Source: Spirochaetia bacterium (GTDB lineage: Bacteria; Spirochaetota; Spirochaetia; DSM-2461). Taken from it: DNA of 64,000 nucleotides. The notes below the pieces were generated by a model. The model was given only the letters and a program-made list of their open reading frames with translations, had not been told where the DNA came from and searched no databases. Location of the stretch: contig OY764216.1 of assembly GCA_963668315.1 (NCBI GenBank), positions 2,720,001-2,784,000 on the forward strand, given 5' to 3'. The position numbers and the translations under genes are program-made. Below are positions 1 to 10,079 of this stretch, piece by piece; within the stretch, counting starts at the first letter, position 1; every line of letters begins with the position of its first letter.

Positions 1-1727
1 TTCAGAAGTTCCTGGACTTCCGGGACATCCCCCAGATGGGACGTGTCGTTATAGCTGATATTATTCTTGGTGACAAACTCTTCCACATTCTCAAAGTTGG
101 GGACGATGAGGGCCGTCAGATATTTGCAGTCCTGCCCCAGCACGACGGCATTGTCGATATAGGGCGATTCGCAGATTTTCTGTTCGATGGGCACCGGTTC
201 GATGTTCTCCCCGCCCAGGAGGACTATCGTATCCTTGGAACGGCCCACAATGGCGATGTTGTCCCTCCTGTCGGTGACGACTATGTCGCCCGTATCCAGC
301 CAGCCGTTTCTGATAACCTTGGCGGTGAGGTCGGGCTTGCCGAAATAACCGGACATAACCTGGGGGCTCTTCACCATCAGTACGCCCCGTTCTCCCGGTT
401 TGACCGGTTTGTCCCCGTCTTCCACGTCCACCACTTTGATCTCGAAGGAGGGAAGGGGAACGCCGACACCCCCGGCTACGGGGTTATGGGCTTCCCGCAC
501 GGAAATAATCGGTCCCGACTCGGTCAGGCCGTATCCTTCCACCAGGGCAATCCCCGCCGCGGCAAAGAACTGGTCCACTTTCGGCTGCAGGGCTCCGCCT
601 CCCGAGATACCGACGAACCAGTTGGGAAACATGGATTCCCGTACCTTATTGAAAATCAGGCCGTTACCCGCAAGGCGGACGAGGGAAAGGAGAGCATAGG
701 GCAGGGCGAACACTATCTGATTCAGGAGGGGAATGGGACGTTTATACTGAAAATTCCTTCCCAGGATCTTTCTTTTCAGCCATTCGTGCCTTGCCCCGTT
801 GGCCAGGAAGAAGTTCATCATCTTTTCGGCGGCCGGTCCCTTGGACTTAATGTTTCGCACGATTCCGTTGTAAAGAGCCTCCCAGACCCGGGGGACGGCG
901 GTCATCATGGACGGCTTGATATTCTGAAAATCCTTGATAAGCACCTGACCTATAGGTTTGGAGTAGGCCACGGCGTTTTTATTCAGAAAGACGATGTAGT
1001 TGATCGCCCTTTCGAAGGAGTGCCAGATGGGAAGGATCGTCAGCCAGAGTTCATCTTCTCCGATGTGAACGTTTTTATGGATACCCTCGGCCTGAAGGAG
1101 ATAGGATTCATTGGTCAGCATAACCCCTTTGGGATCCCCCGTCGTTCCGGATGTGAAAATTATCGTGGCCAGATCATCCGATTTTCCCTGGGCGACTTCG
1201 TCCGTGTAAAAGGAGGGATTCTCCTCAAGAAAGGCTTCTCCCTTTTCCAGAATTTCCCCATAGGTGAGTATCTCGAAGTTTTTGGCTTTTTTTTCCGTTT
1301 CCTTTCTGTCGGCGGGCGGATCAATGAGGATGATCGTTTTCAGCCTGGGAAGGTCATCTTTCACGGTAAGCAGTTTATTCAGCTGCTGCTCGTTTTCCAG
1401 AAGGGTGGAACGGCATTCGGGGATTCCCAGGATCTGGGACATGGGGCCGGCCATGGTATCCGTTCCGCGGGGAACGTCATGGGCGCCGATGGAAAGGAGT
1501 CCGAAGTCGCAAACGGCCCACTCTTTTCTGTTATCACAGATAAAACCTACCGATTCCCCTCTCTTTATGCCGCATACATGAAATCCGGCGGCCGCTTTTT
1601 TGACTTGATCTAAAAGCTCTCCATAGGTGGTGGGATAGAAATCGCCCTTCCCGTCCTTACTAAACTGGGCAGTCTTCCCGGCACATTCCGTCGCCACTTG
1701 TATAAATCTCTGTATTACCGTATCCAT
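1..1727 (-). CDS. fadD: Long-chain fatty acid--CoA ligase (AMP-binding enzyme), 3' end beyond window
   Basis: Not in ORF track. Manual minus-strand translation from ATG 1727 (AGGAG upstream) gives MDTVIQRF..., AMP-binding motif IIFTSGTTGDPKGVML, EGYGLTE, GWLDTGD, GRSKDTIVLLGGENIEP. Confidence 0.93.
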   Translation of the reverse strand, partial: MDTVIQRFIQVATECAGKTAQFSKDGKGDFYPTTYGELLDQVKKAAAGFHVCGIKRGESVGFICDNRKEWAVCDFGLLSIGAHDVPRGTDTMAGPMSQILGIPECRSTLLENEQQLNKLLTVKDDLPRLKTIILIDPPADRKETEKKAKNFEILTYGEILEKGEAFLEENPSFYTDEVAQGKSDDLATIIFTSGTTGDPKGVMLTNESYLLQAEGIHKNVHIGEDELWLTILPIWHSFERAINYIVFLNKNAVAYSKPIGQVLIKDFQNIKPSMMTAVPRVWEALYNGIVRNIKSKGPAAEKMMNFFLANGARHEWLKRKILGRNFQYKRPIPLLNQIVFALPYALLSLVRLAGNGLIFNKVRESMFPNWFVGISGGGALQPKVDQFFAAAGIALVEGYGLTESGPIISVREAHNPVAGGVGVPLPSFEIKVVDVEDGDKPVKPGERGVLMVKSPQVMSGYFGKPDLTAKVIRNGWLDTGDIVVTDRRDNIAIVGRSKDTIVLLGGENIEPVPIEQKICESPYIDNAVVLGQDCKYLTALIVPNFENVEEFVTKNNISYNDTSHLGDVPEVQELL

Positions 1728-1817
1728 CGGTTTACTCCTATATAGCTTTTTTATTTAAATTAAATTTATTTAATCACGGCGCTCACGTAATTGTCAATAA
1801 AATGACAAATAAAGCGC

Positions 1818-1846
1818 TTGACCTTATAAACGATGAATCATACTCT
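1818..1846 (+). promoter_or_regulatory. sigma70-type promoter, probably leaderless
   Basis: TTGACC-17bp-TACTCT, ATG follows after 7 nt (1854), no SD. Confidence 0.6.
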
Positions 1847-1853
1847 ATCACAT

Positions 1854-2363
1854 ATGAGTGAAAGCTACACTATTTCCCGCAGAGAACGCAGGGGTAATTT
1901 CTATTATAGTGTCAACTGGTCTCCCTATTACCGTCTGGAGAAGTACCTGATCAGAAACAAAATCCCCGCAGAGAGCGGTGTGTATCAGATTTATCACCGC
2001 GATTCCTATAACCTTGTCCTTCTGGAAACGAACCTGGCCTATTACGGAGGCGTCCGGGGAACTTTTTCCGAACTGGTCGATCCCCTGTCCCCCAGAAAAT
2101 ACGCCTTCCGGGATATTCTGTTGAACGGTGAGTGTTACGGCCGGTTCGCCCTTTCCCCCCACAGAGAATATCTGGAGGATGTGAAAGCCTTTTTGAATCA
2201 CGGAGAACTGAAGGATGAACGCCAGGAAGAGATCTTCGTCGATGAGAAGGACACCTTGGGTATCGTCCGGGTAGAAGAGGGACAGGAAGCACCCGCTCAG
2301 GATGATAGAAACATCTCCTTCTTCGTTGGATACGATGTGAACAAATACAGTCAGGAAAGGTAG
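1854..2363 (+). CDS. Hypothetical protein (169 aa)
   Basis: ORF 1833..2363; start moved to ATG 1854 because the promoter overlaps the earlier ATG; no recognisable motif. Confidence 0.7.
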   Translation: MSESYTISRRERRGNFYYSVNWSPYYRLEKYLIRNKIPAESGVYQIYHRDSYNLVLLETNLAYYGGVRGTFSELVDPLSPRKYAFRDILLNGECYGRFALSPHREYLEDVKAFLNHGELKDERQEEIFVDEKDTLGIVRVEEGQEAPAQDDRNISFFVGYDVNKYSQER

Positions 2364-2728
2364 AGAGCCAGGCTCCTGTCCGAATCGGAGAGGGGCAGTT
2401 CCAGAATTTCCTCTTTGGTCGCCCACAAATAAGTGGTATGTTCGTGGAGAACCCAATCCTCGCTGTCGGGAGTGACAAAATAACCATGGAGTAGATAATC
2501 TTTGCCGTTATTGCTGAACTCCACCCGGGCCAGTTCTTCTCCCAGTGTGATATCCACTTCCAGTTCCTCGAGCCACTCCCTGTGCATGGCCTCTTCCAGG
2601 GATTCCCCCGGTTCCGCCTTGCCGCCGGGGAATTCCCATGTTTCCCCCATGGAGCCTCCCGGCTTTCTTTTCATGATCAGGTAGGTGTTTCCCCTGGCTG
2701 CAATACCGGCTACCGAATTCTGAACCAT
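2351..2728 (-). CDS. NUDIX hydrolase, MutT-like
   Basis: Nudix box WEFPGGKAEPGESLEEAMHREWLEEL. Confidence 0.9.
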   Translation of the reverse strand: MVQNSVAGIAARGNTYLIMKRKPGGSMGETWEFPGGKAEPGESLEEAMHREWLEELEVDITLGEELARVEFSNNGKDYLLHGYFVTPDSEDWVLHEHTTYLWATKEEILELPLSDSDRSLALYLS

Positions 2729-2732
2729 GGAA

Positions 2733-3143
2733 TTACAGTATGACAGCGGTGGGAACGATGGCGTGCAGCAGACCTATGGCCATAAGGGAGAAACCGATCG
2801 GTGTTGAGACAGATCCCCCCAGTTCGGTAAAAAAGGTAACGAGACGGGGCGGTTCCTCCATCTTTTCTCCCAGAGAACCGGCTCCGAGAATCAACCCTCC
2901 GAGAATCGCCCCGAGAGAGGGAAGCAGATCACCAATGAAGACGATATCGTTGGGAGACATCTTCAGAAGAGAGACAATTCCTATTACCACGCTAGCCAGT
3001 CCGATGGAAAGGCGTACGTTAGGAGCCACGAATAAATCCAGGATACTGCCGCACAACTCCTGTTTTTCCCTGAAAAAAGAACCGGCGATGATGAAACCGG
3101 CCAGGCAGTTCGCCAGAACGGTTAATAAATATATCTGGAACAT
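2733..3143 (-). CDS. Small integral membrane protein (about 4 TM)
   Basis: Hydrophobic ORF; GGGGAGG SD precedes ATG 3143 (MFQIYLL). Confidence 0.75.
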   Translation of the reverse strand: MFQIYLLTVLANCLAGFIIAGSFFREKQELCGSILDLFVAPNVRLSIGLASVVIGIVSLLKMSPNDIVFIGDLLPSLGAILGGLILGAGSLGEKMEEPPRLVTFFTELGGSVSTPIGFSLMAIGLLHAIVPTAVIL

Positions 3144-3304
3144 GTAAAGCCTCCCCATGAAAATTTACAAATCTTCTAATAAAAAGAATAAAGAATATAA
3201 GGGGGGAAGTCAATTAAAAAAAACGATGCTTACCCTCCTTTAATCAAAGGAGAGGGGCGGGAAAAAAGAAAATAGCGGGAATGGGAAAAAACTTTGAAAA
3301 TCTA

Positions 3305-3333
3305 TTGACCCGCAGGGGCGATCTCTATATAAT
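3305..3333 (+). promoter_or_regulatory. sigma70 promoter of tRNA pair
   Basis: TTGACC-17bp-TATAAT. Confidence 0.85.
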
Positions 3334-3352
3334 TGCCACTCGATGAAAGAGG

Positions 3353-3425
3353 CGGGATATAGCCTAGTGGCTAAGGCGCCTGCTTTGGGAGCAGGAAATC
3401 GCAAGTTCGAGTCTTGCTATCCCGA
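3353..3425 (+). tRNA. tRNA-Pro(TGG)
   Basis: Acceptor CGGGATA/TATCCCG, anticodon arm CCTGC-TTTGGGA-GCAGG, T-arm GCAAG-TTCGAGT-CTTGC; CCA not encoded. Confidence 0.96.
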
Positions 3426-3434
3426 CATCAATAT

Positions 3435-3508
<74 letters not shown>

Positions 3509-3513
3509 CGTCT

Positions 3514-3557
3514 AAACCGCTTTAAAACGGGTTTTGCCTGTTTCAAGCGGTTTTTTT
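3514..3557 (+). terminator. Intrinsic terminator after tRNAs
   Basis: AAACCGCTT...AAGCGGTTT inverted repeat followed by T-run. Confidence 0.75.
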
Positions 3558-3573
3558 ATTTTCCGGGAACGGC

Positions 3574-4164
3574 CTAATAGGCCAATACATTAAATAGGAT
3601 ATCCGCTGCGATAGTATCCGTGGTTTCTGTGAGACCCAGTACCGTTGTTTCCGGGCTGCCGTATTTTATGCTGGCGAGAAGGGAGCAGTGCTTGATAAAC
3701 TCAAAGCCGATGCCGCATGTAAAACCCGTCCCTATCCAGATATCCGAGCCGCTTTCAAAAGGAGCCGTCCAGGTCGAAAAACCGACGGAGCCATTGACAA
3801 AGAGATTGGGAGACCAGGTCCTGCTGTCTACAAAATGATAGGAGATGCCAAAACCCGCGATACCGCTGGTTATTGTTACCTCCTCATTATAGATATTCAC
3901 CATTTCGAGCCAGGTTACCTTTGAGGAATAAAAGAGCTCAAGTTGATTGTTCGGGGCAAAGCCGATGGTAAAATCCGTTGCCAGACCAAAATCACTTTCC
4001 GGGTCAGTCGTACTGCTGCTGTAACCATTATCTATTGTCTGGGTGAAGCTGTAGCCGGAGCCTCCCAGGCCTAGACCAAGAATGAAACCCTTGCGTTCTC
4101 CGTCAAAGGCAAAAAGCTGTGTTCCGATCAGCAGCAGAATGGAAAAGAGGAATAATTTTTTCAT
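3574..4164 (-). CDS. Secreted, probable small outer-membrane beta-barrel protein
   Basis: Signal peptide MKKLFLFSILLLIGTQLFA; alternating Gly/aromatic beta-strands; C-terminal aromatic residue. Confidence 0.7.
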   Translation of the reverse strand: MKKLFLFSILLLIGTQLFAFDGERKGFILGLGLGGSGYSFTQTIDNGYSSSTTDPESDFGLATDFTIGFAPNNQLELFYSSKVTWLEMVNIYNEEVTITSGIAGFGISYHFVDSRTWSPNLFVNGSVGFSTWTAPFESGSDIWIGTGFTCGIGFEFIKHCSLLASIKYGSPETTVLGLTETTDTIAADILFNVLAY

Positions 4165-4381
4165 ATTTTATCTCCATAAGATTTTTGATGGATAGATATT
4201 AGTCCCTATTACATCATATGTAAACAACTATTCTCTTTCCGCCGGTTTTTATCAGTCTTTGATCTAATAGGTGGCTTTTCATGGGTAGGGTTATCCCGAA
4301 TAGGGTAAATTTCAATCGGTTTATATCGGATAAGGAATTTTTATGTTATGATGGAAGAAATTAAGAGGAAGGAGTTCAATA

Positions 4382-5248
4382 ATGGAATATGCTCTGTTAA
4401 GTAACAATGTAATAATCCCTTTGGAAGGATTCGGAGTGTTCCGGGTTACCGATAAGGAAGAGTGTAAGCGGTCCGTATTGGATGCCATCCGTGCCGGCTA
4501 CCGCTTAATCGATACAGCGGCTGTCTACGGCAATGAAGAAGCCGTGGGAGAAGCGGTAAAGGAAGCTGTCTCGGAAGGCCTTTGCACAAGGGAAGAATTA
4601 TTCATCACTTCCAAGCTCTGGGTTCAGGATATGGCCAGTTATGAAACAGCGAAGGAAGGCGTTGACAGTTCTCTGAAAAAGCTGGGGCTGGAGTATATTG
4701 ATCTCTATCTGCAGCACCAGGCCTTAAGCGATTACTTCAGTGCATGGCGCGCCATGGAAGAGGCCTATGAGGAAGGAAAGCTGAAAGCTATCGGCGTTTC
4801 GAATTTTTATCCCAATGTCCTGGCAAATTTCTGTGAGACCGTAAGAATCAAGCCCATGGTAAACCAGGTGGAGATGCATCCCTTTTTTACCCAGGAGAGT
4901 GCCCTTGAAACGATGCGCCATTATCATGTGCATCCCGAAGCCTGGGCCCCCCTGGGCGGAGGAAGATATAAACCCTTTGAAGATGAACTGCTGAAGCAGA
5001 TCGCCGAATCCCATGGAAAAACTATCGCTCAGGTTATGTTGCGCTGGAATGTTCAGCGCGGGGTAACGGTCATCCCGAAATCGACACATAAGGAGAGAAT
5101 TGAAGAGAATATTCTCATCTGGGATTTTTCTCTGACCGAGGAGGAAATGGAGAAAATCGGTTCCCTCGATAAGGGGTATGTCGGTGAGGCTGTTAAGCAT
5201 TTTGATCCGAATTTCGTCCGTGCCGTACTCGGGGTGAAAATCCATTAA
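4382..5248 (+). CDS. Aldo/keto reductase (2,5-DKG reductase-like)
   Basis: GYRLIDTAAVYGNE, LFITSKLW, IGVSNF, VNQVEMHP, IPKS motifs; AAGGAG SD. Confidence 0.93.
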   Translation: MEYALLSNNVIIPLEGFGVFRVTDKEECKRSVLDAIRAGYRLIDTAAVYGNEEAVGEAVKEAVSEGLCTREELFITSKLWVQDMASYETAKEGVDSSLKKLGLEYIDLYLQHQALSDYFSAWRAMEEAYEEGKLKAIGVSNFYPNVLANFCETVRIKPMVNQVEMHPFFTQESALETMRHYHVHPEAWAPLGGGRYKPFEDELLKQIAESHGKTIAQVMLRWNVQRGVTVIPKSTHKERIEENILIWDFSLTEEEMEKIGSLDKGYVGEAVKHFDPNFVRAVLGVKIH

Positions 5249-5298
5249 TCAGGGGACCCATTCATTCCCGGAGCGTGTCTATAGGGGAGGACAATCAT

Positions 5299-5664
5299 AT
5301 GAAGCTGTATAAATGCCGTCCCGAAGATCTGGATGATGTCATCTCTATAGGCCGTGAAACCTATTCTGAGACGTTCCATTCCATGAACCGTCCTGAGACC
5401 ATGGAAATGTATCTGAGTGAATCCTTCAGCCCTGAAAAAATAGAAGGGGAGTTCAAGGGATCGGGATACGGACGGTATGTGATGGAAAAGGTCCTTTCCC
5501 TGGCAAAGGAATACGGATGCCGTTATGTCTGGCTGGGGGTCTGGGAAAAAAATGAGAGAGCCATACACTTCTACAGAAAGATGGGATTTGAAATTTCCGA
5601 TACCCATACCTTTCGAATGGGGGATGAGCTTCAGAATGATTTTGTCATGAAGAGAGTCCTCTAG
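5299..5664 (+). pseudogene. PaiA-like GNAT acetyltransferase with apparent in-frame internal deletion
   Basis: N-terminus (ETFHSMNRPETMEMYL) and C-terminus (WLGVWEKNERAIHFYRKMGF...MGDELQND) resemble PaiA-type GNATs, but only 121 aa; central strands missing. Confidence 0.6.
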
Positions 5665-5922
5665 GTACAACAGCTTTCTAAGCTGTTTCCCTTCATGGAT
5701 TACTTTTATTCGTCATCTTTATTATGGCAGATTATAGGGTGATTTTGATGGAAATTTGATTCCGGGAAAGCAATAATTATGTGTAAGATTGGATAATTAT
5801 TATTTATCTATATTGTTCACTATTGACTGAGGTTTTCGAGATTAATACAATAATTTAAGAACATCCATAATTCTCATTAATATAAATACTTGATTTTAGA
5901 TCATTTCTATAAAGGAGTTAAG

Positions 5923-6618
5923 ATGAAAATTAAAAGACAACAGTGTTTAGTTCTGGGAATATTCATGCTGTGGGGCTGTGTGAGCGCACCTGTTCTTGAG
6001 ACAGAAGATTCTAAGACCGAATCTTCAGATAATATTGTTGTTATACCGGTGTTTTATGCAAATGAAACTGAAAAAGAGCTTAATATCAGCTATTATCTCT
6101 CGATTGAGGAAAGGGAATCTAAGAAATTCATAGGTGAATTTGAAATCCCTCTGAAAGATGGTTATATGGTTATAGATAGTTTGTCACCCGGCGAGTACGC
6201 CATAACGGGTGCTAATATTCATAGTATAAGCTCAGAAGGCAGTGGAATAGCGACTCTTGCAAAAAAATATGACTCAGAAGACATGTATCATCCCTTTTCT
6301 GTTATTGAGAATGCAATCAGTTCAGCAGAAACTATTTACCGGACACATTTTTTCATGACAAAAGACCTAAATCCTCCTATGCCCTACGCACAGCTTCAAT
6401 GGCAGAAGAATGAAGGATCAAGTCAGATTAAGGCAATTAAGCAGTTCATTTCGGATTTTCCATCCTATTCCAGAATGGTTGAGGGGAACTTGCTTATAGG
6501 TATAGAAACAGACGACAAGGGCAGAGTAACAAAATCACGCTATTGGAATGTTGAGGATAACACCATCGTTAATACCATTCCTACAACGATTGTCACGGTT
6601 ACGGGTTCAAGTAATTAA
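5923..6618 (+). CDS. Hypothetical lipoprotein, AT-rich
   Basis: AAGGAG SD, MKIKRQQCLVLGIFMLWGC lipobox-like; visibly lower GC than flanking core genes. Confidence 0.7.
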   Translation: MKIKRQQCLVLGIFMLWGCVSAPVLETEDSKTESSDNIVVIPVFYANETEKELNISYYLSIEERESKKFIGEFEIPLKDGYMVIDSLSPGEYAITGANIHSISSEGSGIATLAKKYDSEDMYHPFSVIENAISSAETIYRTHFFMTKDLNPPMPYAQLQWQKNEGSSQIKAIKQFISDFPSYSRMVEGNLLIGIETDDKGRVTKSRYWNVEDNTIVNTIPTTIVTVTGSSN

Positions 6619-6681
6619 AACGATCTTCTCCTTCCCGGTGGTATAAACGTATGAATCAGGATGGAAGCGGACAGACTTTTT

Positions 6682-6993
6682 TCAACTCACCCTTCTATGC
6701 AGTTCATGAGGCTGGGAACGGTCATAGATCTTTGTCGCTTCCTTTTTATAATCGGAAATGACAAGAGTCTCCAGGATATAGAGGGGACTCCTTCTATTGT
6801 CATTTTCCTCACGCAGCCATTCTGTCAAATTTTCAAGCTGTACCAAGGTCAGATTAAATCGGGGAAGAATCTTCTGGGCTTCATCATCAAAATAGTAGGA
6901 AAGATACTCTTCCTCCCTCATGTCATCATGTAATAGACTATTCAACATTTTCGATACCCACGGACAATCCGTTCTTAAATTGAAATAAAACAA
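6682..6993 (-). CDS. Hypothetical protein, start uncertain
   Basis: ORF track only, AT-rich, no SD or motif recognised. Confidence 0.35.
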   Translation of the reverse strand: MFYFNLRTDCPWVSKMLNSLLHDDMREEEYLSYYFDDEAQKILPRFNLTLVQLENLTEWLREENDNRRSPLYILETLVISDYKKEATKIYDRSQPHELHRRVS

Positions 6994-7116
6994 TTTGATA
7001 TAAACGTAATTATTTAATTATAAACGAGTTATGGGGAAAATGAAAATTTTTACGGAATATTTAACAGAGAATCCGGGGCGAAGCCTTACCTTGATGCACA
7101 GGAGGGAGAGCCGAAT

Positions 7117-8331
7117 TTATGCCTCCTGTACCGTCGTGACCGAGCAGCCCACGTTTTCCAGGGAAGAGATGATTCTTTCCACGTGTTTCTGATCCCGGGC
7201 TTCCACGAGAACTTCCAGCTCCGCCCGTTTGAGAGAAACGGTATGCAGCATTCTGTGATGGGCGACTTCGATCACATTGGCACCGCTTTCTCCGATAATG
7301 CGAAGGATCTCGGAAAGCTGGCCCGGAGTATCGTCAATCACAAATTTCAAGCGGGTTATCCGCCTGTCCCGGATGAGTCCTCTCAGAATGAGGGTGGACA
7401 GGATACGGGGATCAAGATTTCCTCCGCAAAGGACCATGCCGACCTTTTTGCCCCTGAAATAGTCGATATTTTTTCTGATTACGGCCAGACCAGTTCCGGC
7501 GGCTCCCTCGGCTACAAGCTTTTCTTCGCAGAGAAGTGCGAAAATGGCTTCTTCGATTTCCGACTCGGAGGCACTGAAAATATGGCCGACCAGTTTATCA
7601 ATTATGGCGAAATCATTGACGGAGGGTTCTCTGACGGCTATTCCCTCGGCTATGGTCGCTCCTCCGTATTCGAAGGTTCTTCTCTCTTTGAGCGCCACCA
7701 TGGCATCGATGTTTTCCGTCTGGGCTCCCACTATCTCCACATGGGGATTCACCCCTTTGACGGCTGTGGCCACCCCCGCTATCAGACCACCTCCGCCGAT
7801 AGGAACGACCACGGCGTCAAGGCCGGGACACTGCTCCATCATTTCCAGTCCCAGGGTTCCCTGTCCGGCAACGACGGCCGGATCGTCGAAGGGGTGGATG
7901 AAGGTTAACCCCTTTTCTTCCGCCAGGCGCAGGCCTTCTCCCACCGACTCATCGAAATCTTTTCCGTAAAGCACGACTTCCGCTCCGTAGTCTTCCGTGC
8001 TTTTCACCTTATTAAAGGGCGTGAATTTCGGCATGACAATAACGGAGGGAATACCGAGATTTGTGGCGTTGTAAGCTACCCCCTGGGCATGGTTTCCCGC
8101 ACTGCAGGCGATAACCCCCCGTTTTTTCTGCTCATCATTGAGGGTCAGCAGCTTGTTCAGCGCCCCCCGGGTCTTGAAGGCATTGGTATACTGCAAATTT
8201 TCCAGTTTGAGGTATAGATCTATACCCAGACTGGCCGAAAGCCTTGTGGCCTTGATGGTGGGAGTCTGAATCACTGAATCCTTGATTTTCTCCCGGGCTT
8301 CCCATACGTCTTTATATGTTATTATGCTCAT
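7117..8331 (-). CDS. ilvA: Threonine ammonia-lyase (PLP) with C-terminal ACT domain
   Basis: LKLENLQ...FKTRGA (PLP Lys), SAGNHAQG, HPFDD, GQGT, VPIGGGGL, GGNLD; ACT-like DDTPGQL. Confidence 0.92.
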   Translation of the reverse strand: MSIITYKDVWEAREKIKDSVIQTPTIKATRLSASLGIDLYLKLENLQYTNAFKTRGALNKLLTLNDEQKKRGVIACSAGNHAQGVAYNATNLGIPSVIVMPKFTPFNKVKSTEDYGAEVVLYGKDFDESVGEGLRLAEEKGLTFIHPFDDPAVVAGQGTLGLEMMEQCPGLDAVVVPIGGGGLIAGVATAVKGVNPHVEIVGAQTENIDAMVALKERRTFEYGGATIAEGIAVREPSVNDFAIIDKLVGHIFSASESEIEEAIFALLCEEKLVAEGAAGTGLAVIRKNIDYFRGKKVGMVLCGGNLDPRILSTLILRGLIRDRRITRLKFVIDDTPGQLSEILRIIGESGANVIEVAHHRMLHTVSLKRAELEVLVEARDQKHVERIISSLENVGCSVTTVQEA

Positions 8332-8526
8332 CGCTTTTTCTGCCTTTTCATTCTGATTATTTTTTATATTATCAGATTTATAGAAATGTATCAGTTGCCC
8401 CGGGAGGGAGTTTCGGATAAGAAACAGACTTTTTTCCGCTTTTTGTAAATCCGGCCTTCGAATGACAAAATAGCCATGAGATAATATAATCGGGCAGAAC
8501 CCTGCTGTATTAGGAGAGAGAAAAGC

Positions 8527-9036
8527 ATGGAGATACGAAGGGCCGCTGTAGCTGACATTCCGATGATCATGGACATATTCGAGAAATGTGTCTCATCTAT
8601 GGAAGAGGGCGGACTATATTTATGGAACAGTGATTATCCGAACAGGGAAATCATCGAATCCGACATTGTGAGCGGCTGTGTTCTTATTATCGTTCAAGAT
8701 GACTGCATTCAGGCATATATCGCGATAAATGAAGAGGAGCCGGCGGAATATGGGGCCATTAATTGGGCGAGTCGGAATAAGCATCTGGTCATACACCGTC
8801 TTGCCGCTCATCCCGGATTCCAGGGAAGGGGATATGCAAGAGAATTGGTGAAGCAGGCAGAGACATACGCCCTTGCTGATGGCCGCTCCAGCATCAGACT
8901 GGACGCCTATTGCGAAAACATGTCTGCCGTCTCCTTATATGAAAGCTCGGGATATTCAAAAAAGGGGGAGGTTTTTTTCGAATTCAAGGAAAAGCCTTTT
9001 TACTGTTATGAGAAAATACTGAATCATTTGTCATGA
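8527..9036 (+). CDS. GNAT N-acetyltransferase
   Basis: IHRLAAHPGFQGRGYA acetyl-CoA motif, N..A..LYE..GY. Confidence 0.9.
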   Translation: MEIRRAAVADIPMIMDIFEKCVSSMEEGGLYLWNSDYPNREIIESDIVSGCVLIIVQDDCIQAYIAINEEEPAEYGAINWASRNKHLVIHRLAAHPGFQGRGYARELVKQAETYALADGRSSIRLDAYCENMSAVSLYESSGYSKKGEVFFEFKEKPFYCYEKILNHLS

Positions 9037-9087
9037 CAAGGGCGGGTCGGTGACGGGCTGTTCACCGGGCTCCCGTCCCTATTCCTT

Positions 9088-9948
9088 TCAGACCGTGAGC
9101 GCGAATCTTCCGGCGGGAAGGATGTTGTCAAGCAGTTCATCGGGTACGGAGAAATCCCCCTCCCCGATGCCCAGCTTTATATGGGGCCGATTGGCCCCGT
9201 GGTAATCGGTCCCTCCCGATTTCAGAAAACCGAAATCTTCCAAATAGCAGGCGCAGCGCTCTCGGTCTTCTCCGGTAAAAGAGGGGTAGTAGTATTCAAG
9301 CCCGTCAAGACCGAATTCTTTTAATTGACCCAGGCGCCGGCGGGCTTCTTCGTCGGTGTAGCCCTTGAGGCCGATAGGCAGATGAAAGTGGGCCATGAAA
9401 CTTTTCCCCCCCGCGGCATGAATGGCCTCAAAAGCCTCTTCCGGAAGAATCAGCTCTCCGGGGATATAGGGAATCTTATCCAGATAGTTTATCCAGGCGT
9501 TTCGTATCATGGGGGCATATCCCCTGCCGACAAGGCATCGGGCGATAGCCTGCCTGTCCATATGGTCATCCACCAGATAGGGGATGACATCTTCCCTCTC
9601 AAGAAAAACATCCCTTTTCCGCAGTTCAAGGAACACATGGTCTAGCCTGGACTCTCTGAGTCTTCTGTACCGGGTATAGATGTCCAAAAAGGTATCATTC
9701 AGGGGATCGATTCCCAGACCCAGGATATGAATCAGGCGGTTTTCCCCGTAGGAAACGCTGAATTCAATCCCCTTCACAAGGGTTATATCCAGTCTGTCCG
9801 CTTCCCCCTGGGCTTCATCGAGGCCGCTGATATTATCGTGATCCGTCAGGGCTACAGCCGTAAGGCCCGTTTCTTTGGCTGTCCTGATGAGTTCCACGGG
9901 ACTTGCCGCCCCATCGGAAATATTTGTATGAGAATGTAAATCTATCAT
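9088..9948 (-). CDS. PHP-domain phosphoesterase (TrpH/YciV-like)
   Basis: DLHSHTNISDG, ALTDHD, GIEFS, IHILG, MAHF, GGTDYHG. Confidence 0.92.
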   Translation of the reverse strand: MIDLHSHTNISDGAASPVELIRTAKETGLTAVALTDHDNISGLDEAQGEADRLDITLVKGIEFSVSYGENRLIHILGLGIDPLNDTFLDIYTRYRRLRESRLDHVFLELRKRDVFLEREDVIPYLVDDHMDRQAIARCLVGRGYAPMIRNAWINYLDKIPYIPGELILPEEAFEAIHAAGGKSFMAHFHLPIGLKGYTDEEARRRLGQLKEFGLDGLEYYYPSFTGEDRERCACYLEDFGFLKSGGTDYHGANRPHIKLGIGEGDFSVPDELLDNILPAGRFALTV

Positions 9949-10050
9949 GTCGTTACTCCTGACTGTGCTTTCCTTGCCTACGATATCAGAAGCAGTCAGA
10001 ATGGAAGAAGGAAATCCGGACTACAGGGTCACCGCAGTATCATTATCAGG

Positions 10051-10079
10051 ATAATAGAAAACATTAAAATGACTGTCAA
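10051..10079 (-). promoter_or_regulatory. sigma70 promoter of PHP gene
   Basis: TTGACA-17bp-TATTAT on minus strand. Confidence 0.75.

Noticed and set aside
36..1613. 525-aa plus-strand ORF
   Set aside because: Antisense shadow of the acyl-CoA ligase on the minus strand; no motifs of its own.
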